NCBI GenBank assembly: GCA_035574985.1
Contig: DATLYG010000194.1
Coordinates: 1-42,173 of the forward strand
Length of the DNA stretch: 42,173 nucleotides
Reading direction: 5' to 3'
Origin: Thermoanaerobaculia bacterium
Lineage (GTDB): Bacteria > Acidobacteriota > Thermoanaerobaculia > Gp7-AA8
Part shown: one piece after another, positions 9,821-20,333 of the stretch
How the letters are laid out: each line of letters opens with the position of its first letter
Numbering within the stretch: position 1 is the stretch's first letter
Notes under the pieces: model-generated
What the model was told of the DNA's origin: nothing
The model's database searches: none
The model's input: the letters and a program-made list of their open reading frames with translations, nothing else
Position numbers and translations under genes: made by a program

Positions 9821-10705
9821 CTATCGGTCGAACGGGACCGGTTTCTCGCCCGAGTAGTCGTAGAAACCAGCGCCGCTCTTGCGGCCGTAGCGGCCCGCGA
9901 GGACCATCTTCCGCAGCAGCGGCGGCGCCGCAAAGCGCTTCTCGCGATACTCGTTGAACATCACGTCGGTGATGAAGTACGTGGTGTCGAGGCCGACGAA
10001 GTCGAGCAGCGTGAAGGGACCCATCGGGTAGCCGCAGCCGAGCGCCATCGCCTTGTCGATGTCCTCGATCGAGCCGACCCCCTCCTCGTACGCGCGGATC
10101 GCGTCGAGGAGATACGGCACGAGGAGGCGGTTGACGATGAAGCCGGAGTTGTCGCGGGCGGCGACCGGCTCCTTGCCTAACGTCTTCGAAAACTCGAACG
10201 CAGTGTTGAACGCCTCGTCGCTGGTCAGGATCGTCCGGACGACTTCGACGAGCTTCATCAGCGGCACGGGGTTGAAGAAGTGGAGGCCGACGAACTGCTT
10301 CGGCCGGGCCGTCGCCATCGACAGCTCGGTGATCGTCAGCGATGAAGTGTTCGAAGCGAAGATCGCTTCCTTCTTCACGACCTTGTCGAGCTCCGCGTAG
10401 GTCTCCTTCTTGAGCTGCGGATTCTCGACGATCGCCTCGATGACGATGTCGCAGTCGGCCAGGTCGCTCAGCGCAAGCGTTCCCTTCAGCCTTCCGAGAC
10501 ACTTGTCGCGCTCCTCGGCGGTCATCTTCCCCTTCTCGACGAACTTCCCGAGACTCTTCTGAATCCCCGAGATTCCCTTGTCGAGGAACTTCTGTTCGAC
10601 CTCGCGCACGACGGTCTCGTATCCCGCCTGCGCCGAAACCTGCGCGATTCCGGACCCCATCAGGCCGCAGCCGAGGACTCCGACTTTCTTGATGCTGGTA
10701 GCCAT
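9821..10705 (-). CDS. hbd: 3-hydroxybutyryl-CoA dehydrogenase
   Basis: Start trimmed to ATG at 10705 (MATSIKKVGVLGCGLMGSGIAQV Rossmann motif) with AAAGGAG upstream. FASNTSSL, HFFNPVP, PMGPFTLLDFVGLD. Confidence 0.9.
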   Translation of the reverse strand: MATSIKKVGVLGCGLMGSGIAQVSAQAGYETVVREVEQKFLDKGISGIQKSLGKFVEKGKMTAEERDKCLGRLKGTLALSDLADCDIVIEAIVENPQLKKETYAELDKVVKKEAIFASNTSSLTITELSMATARPKQFVGLHFFNPVPLMKLVEVVRTILTSDEAFNTAFEFSKTLGKEPVAARDNSGFIVNRLLVPYLLDAIRAYEEGVGSIEDIDKAMALGCGYPMGPFTLLDFVGLDTTYFITDVMFNEYREKRFAAPPLLRKMVLAGRYGRKSGAGFYDYSGEKPVPFDR

Positions 10706-10747
10706 GGATGCTCCTTTCGGACGTAAAAAGCGCGTGCATTCTACGTG

Positions 10748-10852
10748 GAAGGCGAGGAGGCGAGAAGGTTTCGAAGGCGAGGAGGCGAGAGGGGTTCGAA
10801 GGCGAGGAGGCGAGAGGGCGAGGAGGCTAAAAGGCGAAAAGGCGAAAAGGCG
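10748..10852. repeat. Tandem repeat array: three 25-nt units plus three 8-nt units
   Basis: GAAGGCGAGGAGGCGAGA(N7) at 10748, 10773 and 10798, with a further GGCGAGGAGGC core at 10817. AAAAGGCG x3 follows at 10829-10852. It lies in the intergenic leader between the EAL stop and the hbd start. Confidence 0.85.
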
Positions 10853-10909
10853 GGAAGGCTGGCATGGGCGCAGGCGCTGAGGCCCGGGAGCGATGGAAGT
10901 CGAAGTTTC

Positions 10910-10944
10910 CGCCTCCTCGCCCACTCTCCCACTCGCCTACTCGC
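10910..10944. repeat. Inverted partner of the 10748-10852 repeat core
   Basis: CGCCTCCTCGCC at 10910-10921 is the exact reverse complement of the 12-nt core GGCGAGGAGGCG. Degenerate CCACTCTCCCACTCGCCTACTCGC follows and overlaps the EAL stop codon (10937-10939). Confidence 0.7.
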
Positions 10945-11710
10945 AGACGATCCGTATCGGCGCCGGCCGCGCGTAGAAAAAACCCTGCGCGAATGCCGCG
11001 CCAAGGCGCGCCGCAGCCAGGGACGTGGCCGCAGTCTCGACGCCTTCGAGCACGATCGCACATTCGAAGTCGTGAGCGAGAGCGACGATGTTGCGAACGA
11101 TCTTCCGGCGGGTCGCGTCCCCCTCGAACCCCGTCCCGAAGTGCGCGCTGATCTTCAGATACTGCGGCTGAATCCAGACCAGGCGGTCGAGGTGCGAGTA
11201 CGACACCCCGACATCGTCGAGGGCGAAGAACGCGCCGCACGCACGGAGCATCCCGATCGCGCGGAACGCCGCGTCGCAGAGTGGAAAATGATCCTGCTCG
11301 GTGATCTCGATGACCAGGCGCGAGCAGTCGACGCCGTGAGCGTCCGCCATCTCGATGACGTCCGCCGCGAACTCCTCTCCGCCCAGCAACGCGGCGGGAT
11401 GAAGATTCACGAACAGCTTCGCGCAAGGATCGAGCAGGTGCATCTGCCGGAACGTCCGTCCCATGCACGCCAGCTCGAGATCGCCCACGCGCCCGCACAG
11501 GCGCGCGTATTCGAAGAGCGACGCCGGCTCGATGCCAAGGCGTCCGTCGCCGAAGCGTGCGAGCGCCTCGTAACCGTGAACTCCCGGCCGGCCGCCAAGG
11601 TTGACGATCGCCTGGAAGTGCGGGACGAGCGACTCGCTGCTGAGGAGTTCGTCCATCGGCGGCAGGGCGGGCTGCGGGGCGGCGGCGTTGCTTCTCGTGA
11701 AAACAGGCAT
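10937..11710 (-). CDS. Stand-alone EAL-domain protein (putative c-di-GMP phosphodiesterase)
   Basis: YEALARF, EITEQ, ALDDVG, EGVE, QGFFYARP motifs. Start taken as ATG at 11710 (MPVFTRS); an internal ATG (MDELLSS) is also possible. Confidence 0.75.
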   Translation of the reverse strand: MPVFTRSNAAAPQPALPPMDELLSSESLVPHFQAIVNLGGRPGVHGYEALARFGDGRLGIEPASLFEYARLCGRVGDLELACMGRTFRQMHLLDPCAKLFVNLHPAALLGGEEFAADVIEMADAHGVDCSRLVIEITEQDHFPLCDAAFRAIGMLRACGAFFALDDVGVSYSHLDRLVWIQPQYLKISAHFGTGFEGDATRRKIVRNIVALAHDFECAIVLEGVETAATSLAAARLGAAFAQGFFYARPAPIRIVCE

Positions 11711-11891
11711 GATGCATTTCCCGTTTCGCGAGATCGGTGCCACGCGGCCGGGCGGGCCAACCGTCCTGCTCTCCGTCACTTGCAGGCCTGCCGGTCTCGG
11801 GTGGCATGTCAAAATCTGTTGCCTCCGTGAGACGGAGTTGTCATGCGTCCTGGATGAGATCGCCCGCGCGCCTGACGTATATGCTGCGCAG

Positions 11892-13043
11892 GTGAGTGCT
11901 CCGCGCAGGCTTCCTCCCCAGGTCGTACTCCTCGGTCTCGTCTCGCTGCTCAACGACTCGGCCAGCGAGATGATCTATCCGCTCCTCCCGGTCTTCCTGA
12001 CGGCGACGTTGGGCGCGACCCCGGTGATCGTCGGCATCATCGAGGGCGCCGCGGACGGGCTCTCCTCGATCCTCAAGTACTTCGCCGGGACATGGTCGGA
12101 CCGAATGCCGCGACGCAAGCCGTTCATCGTCACCGGCTACGCGCTCGCGGCCGTGTCCCGCGGCTGGATCGCCGGGGCGGCGCGGTGGCCCGGCGTTCTG
12201 GCGGCGAGGCTTCTCGATCGAACCGGCAAGGGGATGCGGTCGGCACCGCGCGACGCGATGATCGCCGACGTCACCGATCCCGCCGCGCGTGGAAAGGCGT
12301 TCGGGTTCCATCGCGCGCTCGATCACGCCGGCGCGATCGTCGGACCGCTCGTCGCTCTCCTCCTCCTCCAGGTCTTCGGCCTCGGGACCCGCGCCATCTT
12401 CCTCATCGCCGTCATCCCCGGCGCTGCCGGCGTCGTGCTCCTTCTGTTTTTCCTCCATGAGCAGCCGCGTCGCGCCCCTGCCGGACCGGCGATGGCGGCC
12501 GGGGGCCCTTTGCCCCGCCGTTTCTGGCACGCGATCGCCGCCATCGCGCTCTTCTCCCTCGCGAATGCAAGCGATGCCTTTCTCCTGCTGAAGGCGAGCG
12601 ATGCCGGCGTCACGAGGGCGCTGCTGCCGCTGCTGTGGGCGGCGCATCACGTGATCAAGTCTGGATTCTCGACGGCGGCCGGCGCACTCTCGGACCGCAT
12701 CGACCGGCGCCGCCTTCTCGTGGCCGGATGGATTTCCTACGCCGCGATCTATCTCGTCTTTCCGATGGCGGAGACGCTCGTGGTCTTTTTCGTCCTCTTC
12801 GTCCTCTACGCCATTCCGTTCACGCTGACCGAGGGAGCCGAGCGCGCGTGGATCGCCGACCTCGTGCCGCCCGAATCGCGGGGGAGGAGTTTCGGGATCT
12901 ACTACCTCGCGGCCGGCCTCTGCGTCTTCGGGGGAAGCGCGATGTTCGGTGCGATCTACCAGACGCTCTCTCCCGCCGCGGCATTCGGGACCGCCGCGGC
13001 GCTCGCAGCGGCCGCGGCGCTGGTCGCCTCCCGCTGCCGGTGA
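11892..13043 (+). CDS. MFS transporter
   Basis: Polytopic membrane protein. LGLVSLLNDSASEMIYPLLPVFL N-terminal signature and LLDRTGKGMRSAPRDAMIAD loop motif. Start uncertain: GTG at 11892 or TTG at 11838. The track ORF start at 11601 would overlap the divergent EAL gene. Confidence 0.75.
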   Translation: MSAPRRLPPQVVLLGLVSLLNDSASEMIYPLLPVFLTATLGATPVIVGIIEGAADGLSSILKYFAGTWSDRMPRRKPFIVTGYALAAVSRGWIAGAARWPGVLAARLLDRTGKGMRSAPRDAMIADVTDPAARGKAFGFHRALDHAGAIVGPLVALLLLQVFGLGTRAIFLIAVIPGAAGVVLLLFFLHEQPRRAPAGPAMAAGGPLPRRFWHAIAAIALFSLANASDAFLLLKASDAGVTRALLPLLWAAHHVIKSGFSTAAGALSDRIDRRRLLVAGWISYAAIYLVFPMAETLVVFFVLFVLYAIPFTLTEGAERAWIADLVPPESRGRSFGIYYLAAGLCVFGGSAMFGAIYQTLSPAAAFGTAAALAAAAALVASRCR

Positions 13044-13049
13044 AGGCCT

Positions 13050-13631
13050 CTACATCGAGGCGATGAATTCCGCCGGCGTCACGAAGTGCGGGTTCTCCCG
13101 GAGGATGTTGCGGCAGATCGTGATCGGGTGGGTCTCGAACGCCCCATGCAGGATGATCTCGCCGCCGGCGTTCCGGACGTCATACATGCAGACGACGACC
13201 GCCGGCACGTCCCTGACCGCGTCGGTCACCTTCGCCTCGAACTCGAGGATCGATCTCTGATCGGGCCAGCCGGGGCGTCCCCACCCGATGTTGCCGAGAA
13301 GCCGGAGCATCTTCGCCCCGCCGGAGAGCGCCTGCTGAAAATCAGCGGCGATCGTCCGGAGCATCTCCGCTCCCGAGACATCGCCGCCGAGAAGGACGAG
13401 CTGCCCGCGCTCTTCGAGACTCCGGCAGTCGAACCGCGACTCGAGGGAGGAGTACACCCGGGCATTCGCTTCGTCGTATCCGAAGATGACGCAGTGATCG
13501 CCGCCCGCGAGCCCGACGGCGAGAAACTCGACGGCGGCCAGAAACTGCTCGCTCGTCTCCCAGAAGTAGGCGACGTGGTCGCCGGGAAAGGCCGTCTGTC
13601 CTCCGATTCCGAGGTCGACGCTTCCCGTCAT
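13050..13631 (-). CDS. MEDS-domain protein (stand-alone)
   Basis: GDHVAYFWETSEQFLAAVEFLAVGLAGGDHCVIFGY matches the MEDS signature. I prefer ATG at 13631 because the 32 upstream codons (to 13727) have visibly lower GC3. ATG at 13727 remains possible. Confidence 0.65.
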   Translation of the reverse strand: MTGSVDLGIGGQTAFPGDHVAYFWETSEQFLAAVEFLAVGLAGGDHCVIFGYDEANARVYSSLESRFDCRSLEERGQLVLLGGDVSGAEMLRTIAADFQQALSGGAKMLRLLGNIGWGRPGWPDQRSILEFEAKVTDAVRDVPAVVVCMYDVRNAGGEIILHGAFETHPITICRNILRENPHFVTPAEFIASM

Positions 13632-13730
13632 CCGGTCAGCGCGAAAGAGCGGCCTCGCCGGATGACCGTCCGATTTCCGTCTTCGCGAACGCATCGGAGC
13701 GATTCGCTTCGCAAAATCGCTGCCCATTTT

Positions 13731-15644
13731 TCACTTCACGAGGTACTGTTCGAGGAAGAGCGTCATCGCCAGGAACTGGTAATCCTGATTCTTTCTCCTG
13801 GCGAAGCCGTGTCCCTCGTCCTTCGCCATCAGCCACCAGACCGGCGCGCCGGTCGCGCGGACGGCCTTCACGATCTGCTCCCCCTCCGTCCACGGCACCC
13901 GGGGGTCGTTCTGCCCGGCGATGACGAAGAGCGGTTTCGTGATCTTCGAGATGTTCGTCAGCGGCGAAATGCGCTCGAGGTGCTCCCGCATCTTCGGATC
14001 GCGCTCGTCGCCGTACTCCACGCGCCGGAGGTCGCGGCGGTAGTCTGCGGTGTTTTTCAGGAACGTCAGGAAGTGGGAGATGCCGACGACATCGATGCCG
14101 GTCCGGAGCAGCTCGTTGAAATGGACCATACTCGCCAGAACCATATAGCCACCATAGCTACCGCCGTAGACGCCGATGCGGTCGCCGTCGAGCCTCGGGT
14201 CGGACCTGATCCACTCGATGATGCGGCCGATGTCCTTCACCGAGTCTTCGCGCCTGAACCCGTTGTCCAGCGCGAGGAACGTCTTTCCGTAGCCGCTCGA
14301 GCCGCGCACGTTCGGAAAGATCAGGGCGATGCCCATCTCGTTGATCCAGTAGTTGTTCCGCCCGAGAAACCCCGGCCGGCTCTGACCTTCGGGACCGCCG
14401 TGGATGACGATGAGTGAGGGGCGCCTGCCGGGAAACTTCGCCGGATCGGGGCGATGGACGAAGGCGGAGATCTCGACGCCGTCGAAGCTCTTCATCGTCA
14501 CCAGCTCCGGCTCCGCGTTGAGGGCGGGATTGAGACCTCCGGTCTCACTCTCGGTCCATCGCTCGAACTTCTTCGCGTCGACGTCGATCGAGTAGGCGTC
14601 GGACGGCGACTTCGCCGAGTTGAGCGTGAAGCCGAGGAGGCGGTTGTTCGGATGCCACTCGATTCCGCTGATCACGCCGGCCGGAATCTGCGGAAGGGGG
14701 ACCTTCCTGCCGCTCGCCAGATCGAGCACGTGCAGCCTGCTGATGCCGTTCTCGTTCGTCACGTACGCGATGCGCCTGCCGTCGTGACTGAGGTCGCCGT
14801 CTTCGACGTCCCACTTCTCGCGGCTGATGACGGTCCGCTTCCCGTCGGCGAGCTGCATCCGGACGAGCTGCTGGAACTCGCTCCCTTCGTCGGTGGTGAA
14901 GACGATTTCGCGATCATTGAGAAACCGCGGCCCGCCGTACGAGACCGGCTCCTTCCCTTTCGGCGTGAGGAGCTTCTTTTCGCCGCTGGCCAGATCGAGC
15001 AGGTAGATCTCCGATTCGTTCGCCGAAATCCGCTGCATCACGAGTCCGCGCGTCGCGTCGGGAGAAAAATCGGCGAGGATCCAGCCGCCTCCTTCGACCT
15101 GCAGAACCCTCCGCGTGTTCTGCGGCTGCATCGGATCGGCGACGTAGATGTCGGTGTCTTTTCCGTTGCGGCGGGTCGACGAATACGCGAGCCACTTCCC
15201 GTCGCGCGACATCGTCATGCCGGTGTTGCGCGACTTGCCGTCGGTGAGCATCGTGACCGTTCCGGTGGGGACGTCGTAGCGGTAGATCTGGAAGAACTCG
15301 TTCCCTCCGGCGTCCTTGCTGAAGAGGATGGTGTTCGGATCGCCGGGGCGGAAGCGCGCGCCGCCGACGGCATCGGGATAGAAGGTGATCTGCTTCCGCG
15401 CCCCGCCGGGCATCTTCACGATGTGAAGCTGCGAGGTGTCGCCGAAGCGCGTGCTGATCAGCATCTCCGGACGCGCCGGGTTCCAGGCGCGAAAGGCCGC
15501 CGCGCGCGCGTCGAGATACGGCCGGACCTTTTCCACCAGATCATCGGGAAAAGCAGGAACGCCCTCGACCACGAGGTTCGAGGGCGTCTGGGCCAGGGCG
15601 GTGGCAGCGACGAACAACGCCGCCGCGACGATTCTCCGAATCAT
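13731..15644 (-). CDS. S9 prolyl oligopeptidase-family serine peptidase with N-terminal beta-propeller, secreted
   Basis: Start at ATG 15644 ([19 protein letters not shown] signal peptide) overlaps the yebC stop (ATGA). GGSYGGYM nucleophile elbow, QNDPRVP, and DEGHGF near the C-terminus. TolB-like repeats are present. Confidence 0.85.
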   Translation of the reverse strand: MIRRIVAAALFVAATALAQTPSNLVVEGVPAFPDDLVEKVRPYLDARAAAFRAWNPARPEMLISTRFGDTSQLHIVKMPGGARKQITFYPDAVGGARFRPGDPNTILFSKDAGGNEFFQIYRYDVPTGTVTMLTDGKSRNTGMTMSRDGKWLAYSSTRRNGKDTDIYVADPMQPQNTRRVLQVEGGGWILADFSPDATRGLVMQRISANESEIYLLDLASGEKKLLTPKGKEPVSYGGPRFLNDREIVFTTDEGSEFQQLVRMQLADGKRTVISREKWDVEDGDLSHDGRRIAYVTNENGISRLHVLDLASGRKVPLPQIPAGVISGIEWHPNNRLLGFTLNSAKSPSDAYSIDVDAKKFERWTESETGGLNPALNAEPELVTMKSFDGVEISAFVHRPDPAKFPGRRPSLIVIHGGPEGQSRPGFLGRNNYWINEMGIALIFPNVRGSSGYGKTFLALDNGFRREDSVKDIGRIIEWIRSDPRLDGDRIGVYGGSYGGYMVLASMVHFNELLRTGIDVVGISHFLTFLKNTADYRRDLRRVEYGDERDPKMREHLERISPLTNISKITKPLFVIAGQNDPRVPWTEGEQIVKAVRATGAPVWWLMAKDEGHGFARRKNQDYQFLAMTLFLEQYLVK

Positions 15645-16387
15645 GCCGTCTCCATCATCTCGGCCGGGATGTCGAAGTTCGACCAGACGTTCTGCACGTC
15701 GTCGTGGTCGTCGAGCATCTCCAGCAGCCGCATCACCTGTTTCGACTTCTGTTCGTCGACCGAGACGTAGTTCGCGGGGATCATCCCGAGCTTCGCCTCG
15801 ATCGTCGGGATCCCGTTCTTTTCCAGCGCCTGGCGCACCGCTTCGAAGTTCTCGGGCGCCGTGTAGATCTCGTAGACCTCCGGATCGTCGCTCTGCAGGT
15901 CGTCCGCCCCCGCTTCGAGCACGATCTCCATCAGCCTGTCCTCTCCGACGGCGTTCTTGTCGACCGAAAAGTAGCCCTTCTTCTCGAACTGGAACTTCAC
16001 GGAGCCGGGCGTCCCGAGATTGCCGCCGTTCTTCTCGAAGATGTGACGGATTTCGGGAGTGGTGCGGTTGGTGTTGTCGGTCATCGCCTCGACGATGATC
16101 GCCACGCCGCCCGGGCCATAGCCTTCGTAGGTGATTTCCTCGTAGGAGGCGCCCTCGAGCTCGCCGGTGCCGCGCTTGATGGCGCGCTCGATGTTCTCCT
16201 TCGGCATGTTGTTCGCCTTCGCTTCGGCGACGGCGGCGCGGAGGCGCGGGTTGGCGTCGGGATCGCCGCCGCCGAGGCGTGCGGCGACGGTCATTTCCTT
16301 GATGATGCGCGTGAAGATCTTGCCGCGCTTCGCGTCCGCCGCACCCTTCTTGTGCTTGATGGTGCTCCATTTATTGTGGCCAGACAT
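15641..16387 (-). CDS. yebC: YebC/PmpR-family transcriptional regulator
   Basis: [31 protein letters not shown]... is full-length and highly characteristic (248 aa). Confidence 0.9.
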   Translation of the reverse strand: MSGHNKWSTIKHKKGAADAKRGKIFTRIIKEMTVAARLGGGDPDANPRLRAAVAEAKANNMPKENIERAIKRGTGELEGASYEEITYEGYGPGGVAIIVEAMTDNTNRTTPEIRHIFEKNGGNLGTPGSVKFQFEKKGYFSVDKNAVGEDRLMEIVLEAGADDLQSDDPEVYEIYTAPENFEAVRQALEKNGIPTIEAKLGMIPANYVSVDEQKSKQVMRLLEMLDDHDDVQNVWSNFDIPAEMMETA

Positions 16388-16507
16388 GGGAGGCTGCTCC
16401 TTATGATTTCGGCAGGAAAGACGCGCCCGCGCGCGCCGTTGAAGCGGCTGGATTATAGTGAAAAGCCGGCCAGCCGGAAAAAACCGCCGGGCCGTGCCCG
16501 GACCTCG

Positions 16508-16738
16508 ATGCCGATGACGCCGCCCGAGTTCCCGATCCGCATCCTCTTCGACGACGGCGAATGCCTGGTCATCGAATCGCCCGAGCATCTTCTCGAGGCG
16601 GTCGACACGATCGACTCGGGTGACCCGCGCGTCTGGGTGCGCGACGCACTCGATCGCGACGTGACGCTGCGGATGCGCGGCGGGTTCGTCGAGGTGATCG
16701 GTTCGGAGGCGCGAAGCGCCGAAGGGTCCGGCACCTGA
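16508..16738 (+). CDS. Small hypothetical protein (76 aa)
   Basis: ATG at 16508 and very high GC3 across the ORF ([32 protein letters not shown]...). I recognise no family. It is the 3-prime part of a longer antisense track ORF. Confidence 0.5.
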   Translation: MPMTPPEFPIRILFDDGECLVIESPEHLLEAVDTIDSGDPRVWVRDALDRDVTLRMRGGFVEVIGSEARSAEGSGT

Positions 16739-16773
16739 CGGCACCGGACCCCTCGCCTCGCCGGGGTGACGGA

Positions 16774-18936
16774 TCAGAACTTCGGAGCGATGCCCATTTC
16801 CTGCAGCAGGTTGTGGGCGCGGTCGACCGCGTCCATCACCCACAGCATGTAGGTCGCGTCGACGTGGATCGAGCGCGTGATGGCGGGGTTCGGGAGGAAA
16901 TCCGATCCGAGAGCCTCGTAGTTGCCGTCGAACAGGAGGCCGGTCAGCTCGCCCTTCGCGTTGAGCGTGGGTGAGCCTGAGTTGCCGCCGGTCGTGTCGC
17001 AGGTGGAGAGAAAGTTCACCGCGACCTCTCCGAGCTGCGGATCGGCATAGGGGCCGAACTTCTTTGCCCGGATCGCTTCGACGAGCGCCTGCGGCGCGTC
17101 GAACTCGCCGCTGCCGGTGTGTTTCTCGACGACACCGGTCACGCCGGTCTGCGCGTCGTACCGGACCGCATCGCGGGGCCGGTAGCCGGTGACCTTGCCG
17201 AACGTGACGCGGAGCGTTCCGTTGGCGTCGGGATACATCCGGCCGCCGCTCATCTCGCGAAGAGCCTCGAGGTAGAGGGGGCGGACGCGCGACATGGCGC
17301 CGCCGAGGCGGTCGTCGCGCTCCTCGTTCGCCAGCATCATCGGCATGAGGGAGGCGACGAATTGCAGCATCCCGTCGTTGCGGGCGTCGAGCTGCGCGGT
17401 CGTCTCGCCGTACATCGCCTTTCGCTGGTCGGCGTCGGCGATTTTCGTCGTCCCGTAGAGCGTGTCGAGGAACCTGTCGACCTGCGCTTCGACACCCGAG
17501 GCCCCGGTCGCGGCGAGGGCCTCATCGAGCGCCTTGATGCGCTGATCGGCCGGAAGCCTGGTCGCCTCGAGGAGGAAGTAGCGCAGTCCCGCGCGATCGG
17601 ACGCTTCGTGAATCGAGGCCTGGGTGCGCGCCGATGCCTGCAGCATCGAAGGAACGTCGCGCTCCTGATAACCGGGAGCGCGGTCGAGGTCCTTCTTCGT
17701 CTTCTCGATCGACCAGCGATAGATGCGCATGGCCTGCGAGAGCATCGGCGATGCGCGGAAGAGCCACTGGGCGGTGAAGTCGCGCTGCATCGTGGCGTAG
17801 GTCTCGTCGTTGATCTGCCGGATCCGGTCGAGAACGCCGCCGTACTTCTTCGCCGCGGCCGGATTGGCGGCCAGCCACGCCTTCAGGTCCGCCTCGCGCT
17901 TCGCGCGGTGCTCGATGATGATGCCGCGGCTGAAGTTCGCCATCGTCCCCTGGTAGTTCTTCAGAACGTTGTCGTTCCCTTTGATCCGGGACGCGTTCCT
18001 GATCTGGATCTGACGATCGCTCTTCCCGATCTCGTTGAGGATTCGATTGAGCTCGGTCGCGTACTTGATCGTCATCGGATAGGTGTAGTCCTTCGCCATC
18101 CGCACTTCCTGCTCGGTGCGGTAACGGAACGTCCGGCCGGGGTAGCCGGCCACCATCACCAGGTCGCCCTCGTCGACACCCTCGGTCGAGACCTTCAGGT
18201 AGTGCGCCGGCCTGAAGGGGACGTTCTCCTTCGCGAAGTCGGCGGGCTTGTCGTCCGGGCCGACCCAGGCGCGGAAGAAGGCGAAGTCGCCGGTGTGGCG
18301 CGGCCACATCCAGTTGTCCGTCTCGCCGCCGAAGTTGCCGATGCCCTCGGCCGGCGCGTAGACGAGGCGGACGTCCCGGATCTCCATCTGCGTGATCCGG
18401 AGGTACTGCGAGCCTTCGAAGAACGACGCCACGCGCGCGCGAACGCCTCCCTCTTTCTCGACTTCTTCGACCAGCTCCTTGATGCGGCGCTCGATCAGCT
18501 TCGCCCGTTCCCTGTCGCCGGTCTTCGCGGGGATCTTCCCGGTGACGCGACCGGTCACGTCCTCGATCTTCGTCGTCACGAAGACGCGCGAGCCGGGAGC
18601 GGCCGGCAGCTCGTCACTCATCGACTTCGCCAGAAAGCCGTTCACGATCAGGTCGCGCTCTTTCGAACTGTTGAACTGGATCGAGCCGTAGGCGCAGTGG
18701 TGGTTGGTCACGATCAGCCCCTGCGGCGACACGAACGACGCGGTGCAGCCGCCGAGTGAGATGACCGCTCCCATCGGATCGCCGGTCAGGTCGGCGAACC
18801 TCTGAGGATCGATCTGCAGACCGGCCTTCCTCAGCTCGTCGCCGAGCTGGGGGACCTGCTGCGGCATCCACATCCCCTCGTCGGCGAGGAGTGGGAAAGC
18901 CAGAAGTACGAGGAGTACGGCAGTGAGTCTCTTCAC
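16774..18936 (-). CDS. S46-family dipeptidyl-peptidase (DPP7/DPP11-like), secreted
   Basis: GTG start with AAGGAG 6 nt upstream. Signal peptide followed by [14 protein letters not shown] (His) and TTGGNSGSP (Ser). Confidence 0.85.
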   Translation of the reverse strand: MKRLTAVLLVLLAFPLLADEGMWMPQQVPQLGDELRKAGLQIDPQRFADLTGDPMGAVISLGGCTASFVSPQGLIVTNHHCAYGSIQFNSSKERDLIVNGFLAKSMSDELPAAPGSRVFVTTKIEDVTGRVTGKIPAKTGDRERAKLIERRIKELVEEVEKEGGVRARVASFFEGSQYLRITQMEIRDVRLVYAPAEGIGNFGGETDNWMWPRHTGDFAFFRAWVGPDDKPADFAKENVPFRPAHYLKVSTEGVDEGDLVMVAGYPGRTFRYRTEQEVRMAKDYTYPMTIKYATELNRILNEIGKSDRQIQIRNASRIKGNDNVLKNYQGTMANFSRGIIIEHRAKREADLKAWLAANPAAAKKYGGVLDRIRQINDETYATMQRDFTAQWLFRASPMLSQAMRIYRWSIEKTKKDLDRAPGYQERDVPSMLQASARTQASIHEASDRAGLRYFLLEATRLPADQRIKALDEALAATGASGVEAQVDRFLDTLYGTTKIADADQRKAMYGETTAQLDARNDGMLQFVASLMPMMLANEERDDRLGGAMSRVRPLYLEALREMSGGRMYPDANGTLRVTFGKVTGYRPRDAVRYDAQTGVTGVVEKHTGSGEFDAPQALVEAIRAKKFGPYADPQLGEVAVNFLSTCDTTGGNSGSPTLNAKGELTGLLFDGNYEALGSDFLPNPAITRSIHVDATYMLWVMDAVDRAHNLLQEMGIAPKF

Positions 18937-19046
18937 AAAAGCTCCTTCGAGTTGCTTCGATTTCGAACGGGTGGGAAAAGGACGACGGGCACGCCTGAAT
19001 TCCGCGGACTCCGGAAGAATCGTCGGCCGCCGGCAACCATATGCCT

Positions 19047-19060
19047 GTGACGATCGTCAC
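19047..19060. promoter_or_regulatory. Perfect 14-bp palindrome GTGACGATCGTCAC in a divergent promoter region (candidate operator)
   Basis: Read directly. It lies in the 266-bp gap between the divergent S46 peptidase (start 18936) and the SPFH gene (start 19203). Confidence 0.25.
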
Positions 19061-19202
19061 CCTCCGTCCTTCGGCGCGGTGACGGCGACACGAGGGCGCC
19101 GGTGAGAGGCCGGACGGACGTCGCGCGCGACGAGTCTCTGCCGCGGCGGACCATGCGATACTGCGCGCAAGCAGCACAAACGATCGTCCCGGAGGCCGGA
19201 CC

Positions 19203-20324
19203 ATGGGATTTTTCGACAACCTGAAAAACCAGTTTGCCTCGCAGTTCATCGAGATCATCGAATGGCTCGACGAGACGAACGACACGATGGTGTGGCGCTT
19301 CCCCGTCTACAACCAGGAAATCAAGATGGGGGCGCAGCTCATCGTCCGCGAGAACCAGGCCGCGCTCTTCGTCAATGAGGGAATCGCGGCGGACCTCTTC
19401 CGTCCCGGGCGTTACGAACTCTCCACGCAGAACATCCCCATCCTGACGACCCTGCGCGGCTGGAAGTACGGCTTCCAGTCGCCGTTCAAGGCGGAGGTCT
19501 ACTTTTTCAACACGCGGCTCTTCACCGATCTGAAGTGGGGCACGGTGAATCCGGTGATGATGCGCGACCCCGAGTTCGGAATGATCCGCCTTCGCGCCTT
19601 CGGCACCTACGCCGCGAAGATCAACGACCCGAAGGTCTTCTTCCAGACGGTGGTCGGCACGCAGGGGCTCACGTCGACCGACGACATCCTCGGCCAGCTC
19701 CGCTCGACGATTCTCTCCCGCCTCTCGGACGCGATCGCGGAGGCGAAGATCGCGGCCCTCGATCTCGCGTCGCACTACGACGAGCTGTCGGCGCTGGCGG
19801 TCACGAAGATCGGACCCGACTTCGGGAGTTTCGGCCTCGAACTCTCGAGATTCTTCGTCGAGAACATCTCTCTGCCGGAGGAAGTCGAGGCGGCGATCGA
19901 CCAGCGGACGAAACTCGGCGTGCTCGGCGACCGGATGCAGCAGTACGCGCAGCTTCAGACCGCGGAGGCGATCGGGACCGCGGCCGCGAACCCGGGCGGG
20001 ATCGCCGGCGCGGGCGCCGGACTGGGAGCGGGACTGGCGATCGGCCAGGCGATGGGCCAGGCCTTCGGAGGTCCCTCCCCCGCCGCCCCTCCCCCGCCAC
20101 CTCCCGCCGCTGCCGCGAGGTGGTCGCTGGCAATCGAAGGAAAAACCTACGGCCCCTACACCGACGACGCCATCCGCGCGATGGTGAACGCGGGACAGGT
20201 CGGCCTCGACACGAACGCCTGGCGGCCCGGCGCTGCAGGATGGCAGCCGCTGCACGCCTGGGCATCGGAGATCGGACTGACGGCATCGCCGCCACCGCCC
20301 CCTCCTCCTCCGCCGAAAGCGTGA
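19203..20324 (+). CDS. SPFH/Band-7 protein of the YdjI / virion-core-protein-like class with Pro-rich linkers and a C-terminal GYF_2-like domain
   Basis: MGFFDNLKNQFASQFIEIIEWLDETNDTMVWRFPVYNQEIKMGAQLIVRENQAALFV... is characteristic of Band_7_1. The C-terminal WSLAIEGKTYGPYTDDAIRAMVNAGQVGLDTNAWRPGAAGWQPL is GYF_2-like and is flanked by PPPPPP runs. GGAGG lies 8 nt upstream. Confidence 0.85.
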   Translation: MGFFDNLKNQFASQFIEIIEWLDETNDTMVWRFPVYNQEIKMGAQLIVRENQAALFVNEGIAADLFRPGRYELSTQNIPILTTLRGWKYGFQSPFKAEVYFFNTRLFTDLKWGTVNPVMMRDPEFGMIRLRAFGTYAAKINDPKVFFQTVVGTQGLTSTDDILGQLRSTILSRLSDAIAEAKIAALDLASHYDELSALAVTKIGPDFGSFGLELSRFFVENISLPEEVEAAIDQRTKLGVLGDRMQQYAQLQTAEAIGTAAANPGGIAGAGAGLGAGLAIGQAMGQAFGGPSPAAPPPPPPAAAARWSLAIEGKTYGPYTDDAIRAMVNAGQVGLDTNAWRPGAAGWQPLHAWASEIGLTASPPPPPPPPPKA

Positions 20325-20333
20325 CCGGCCGCG

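Noticed and set aside
10745-11830. 361-aa plus-strand ORF beginning MEGEEARRFRRRGGERGSKARRREGEEAKRRKGEKAGR.
   Set aside because: The N-terminus is merely the translation of the 25-nt tandem repeat. The rest is antisense to the EAL gene.
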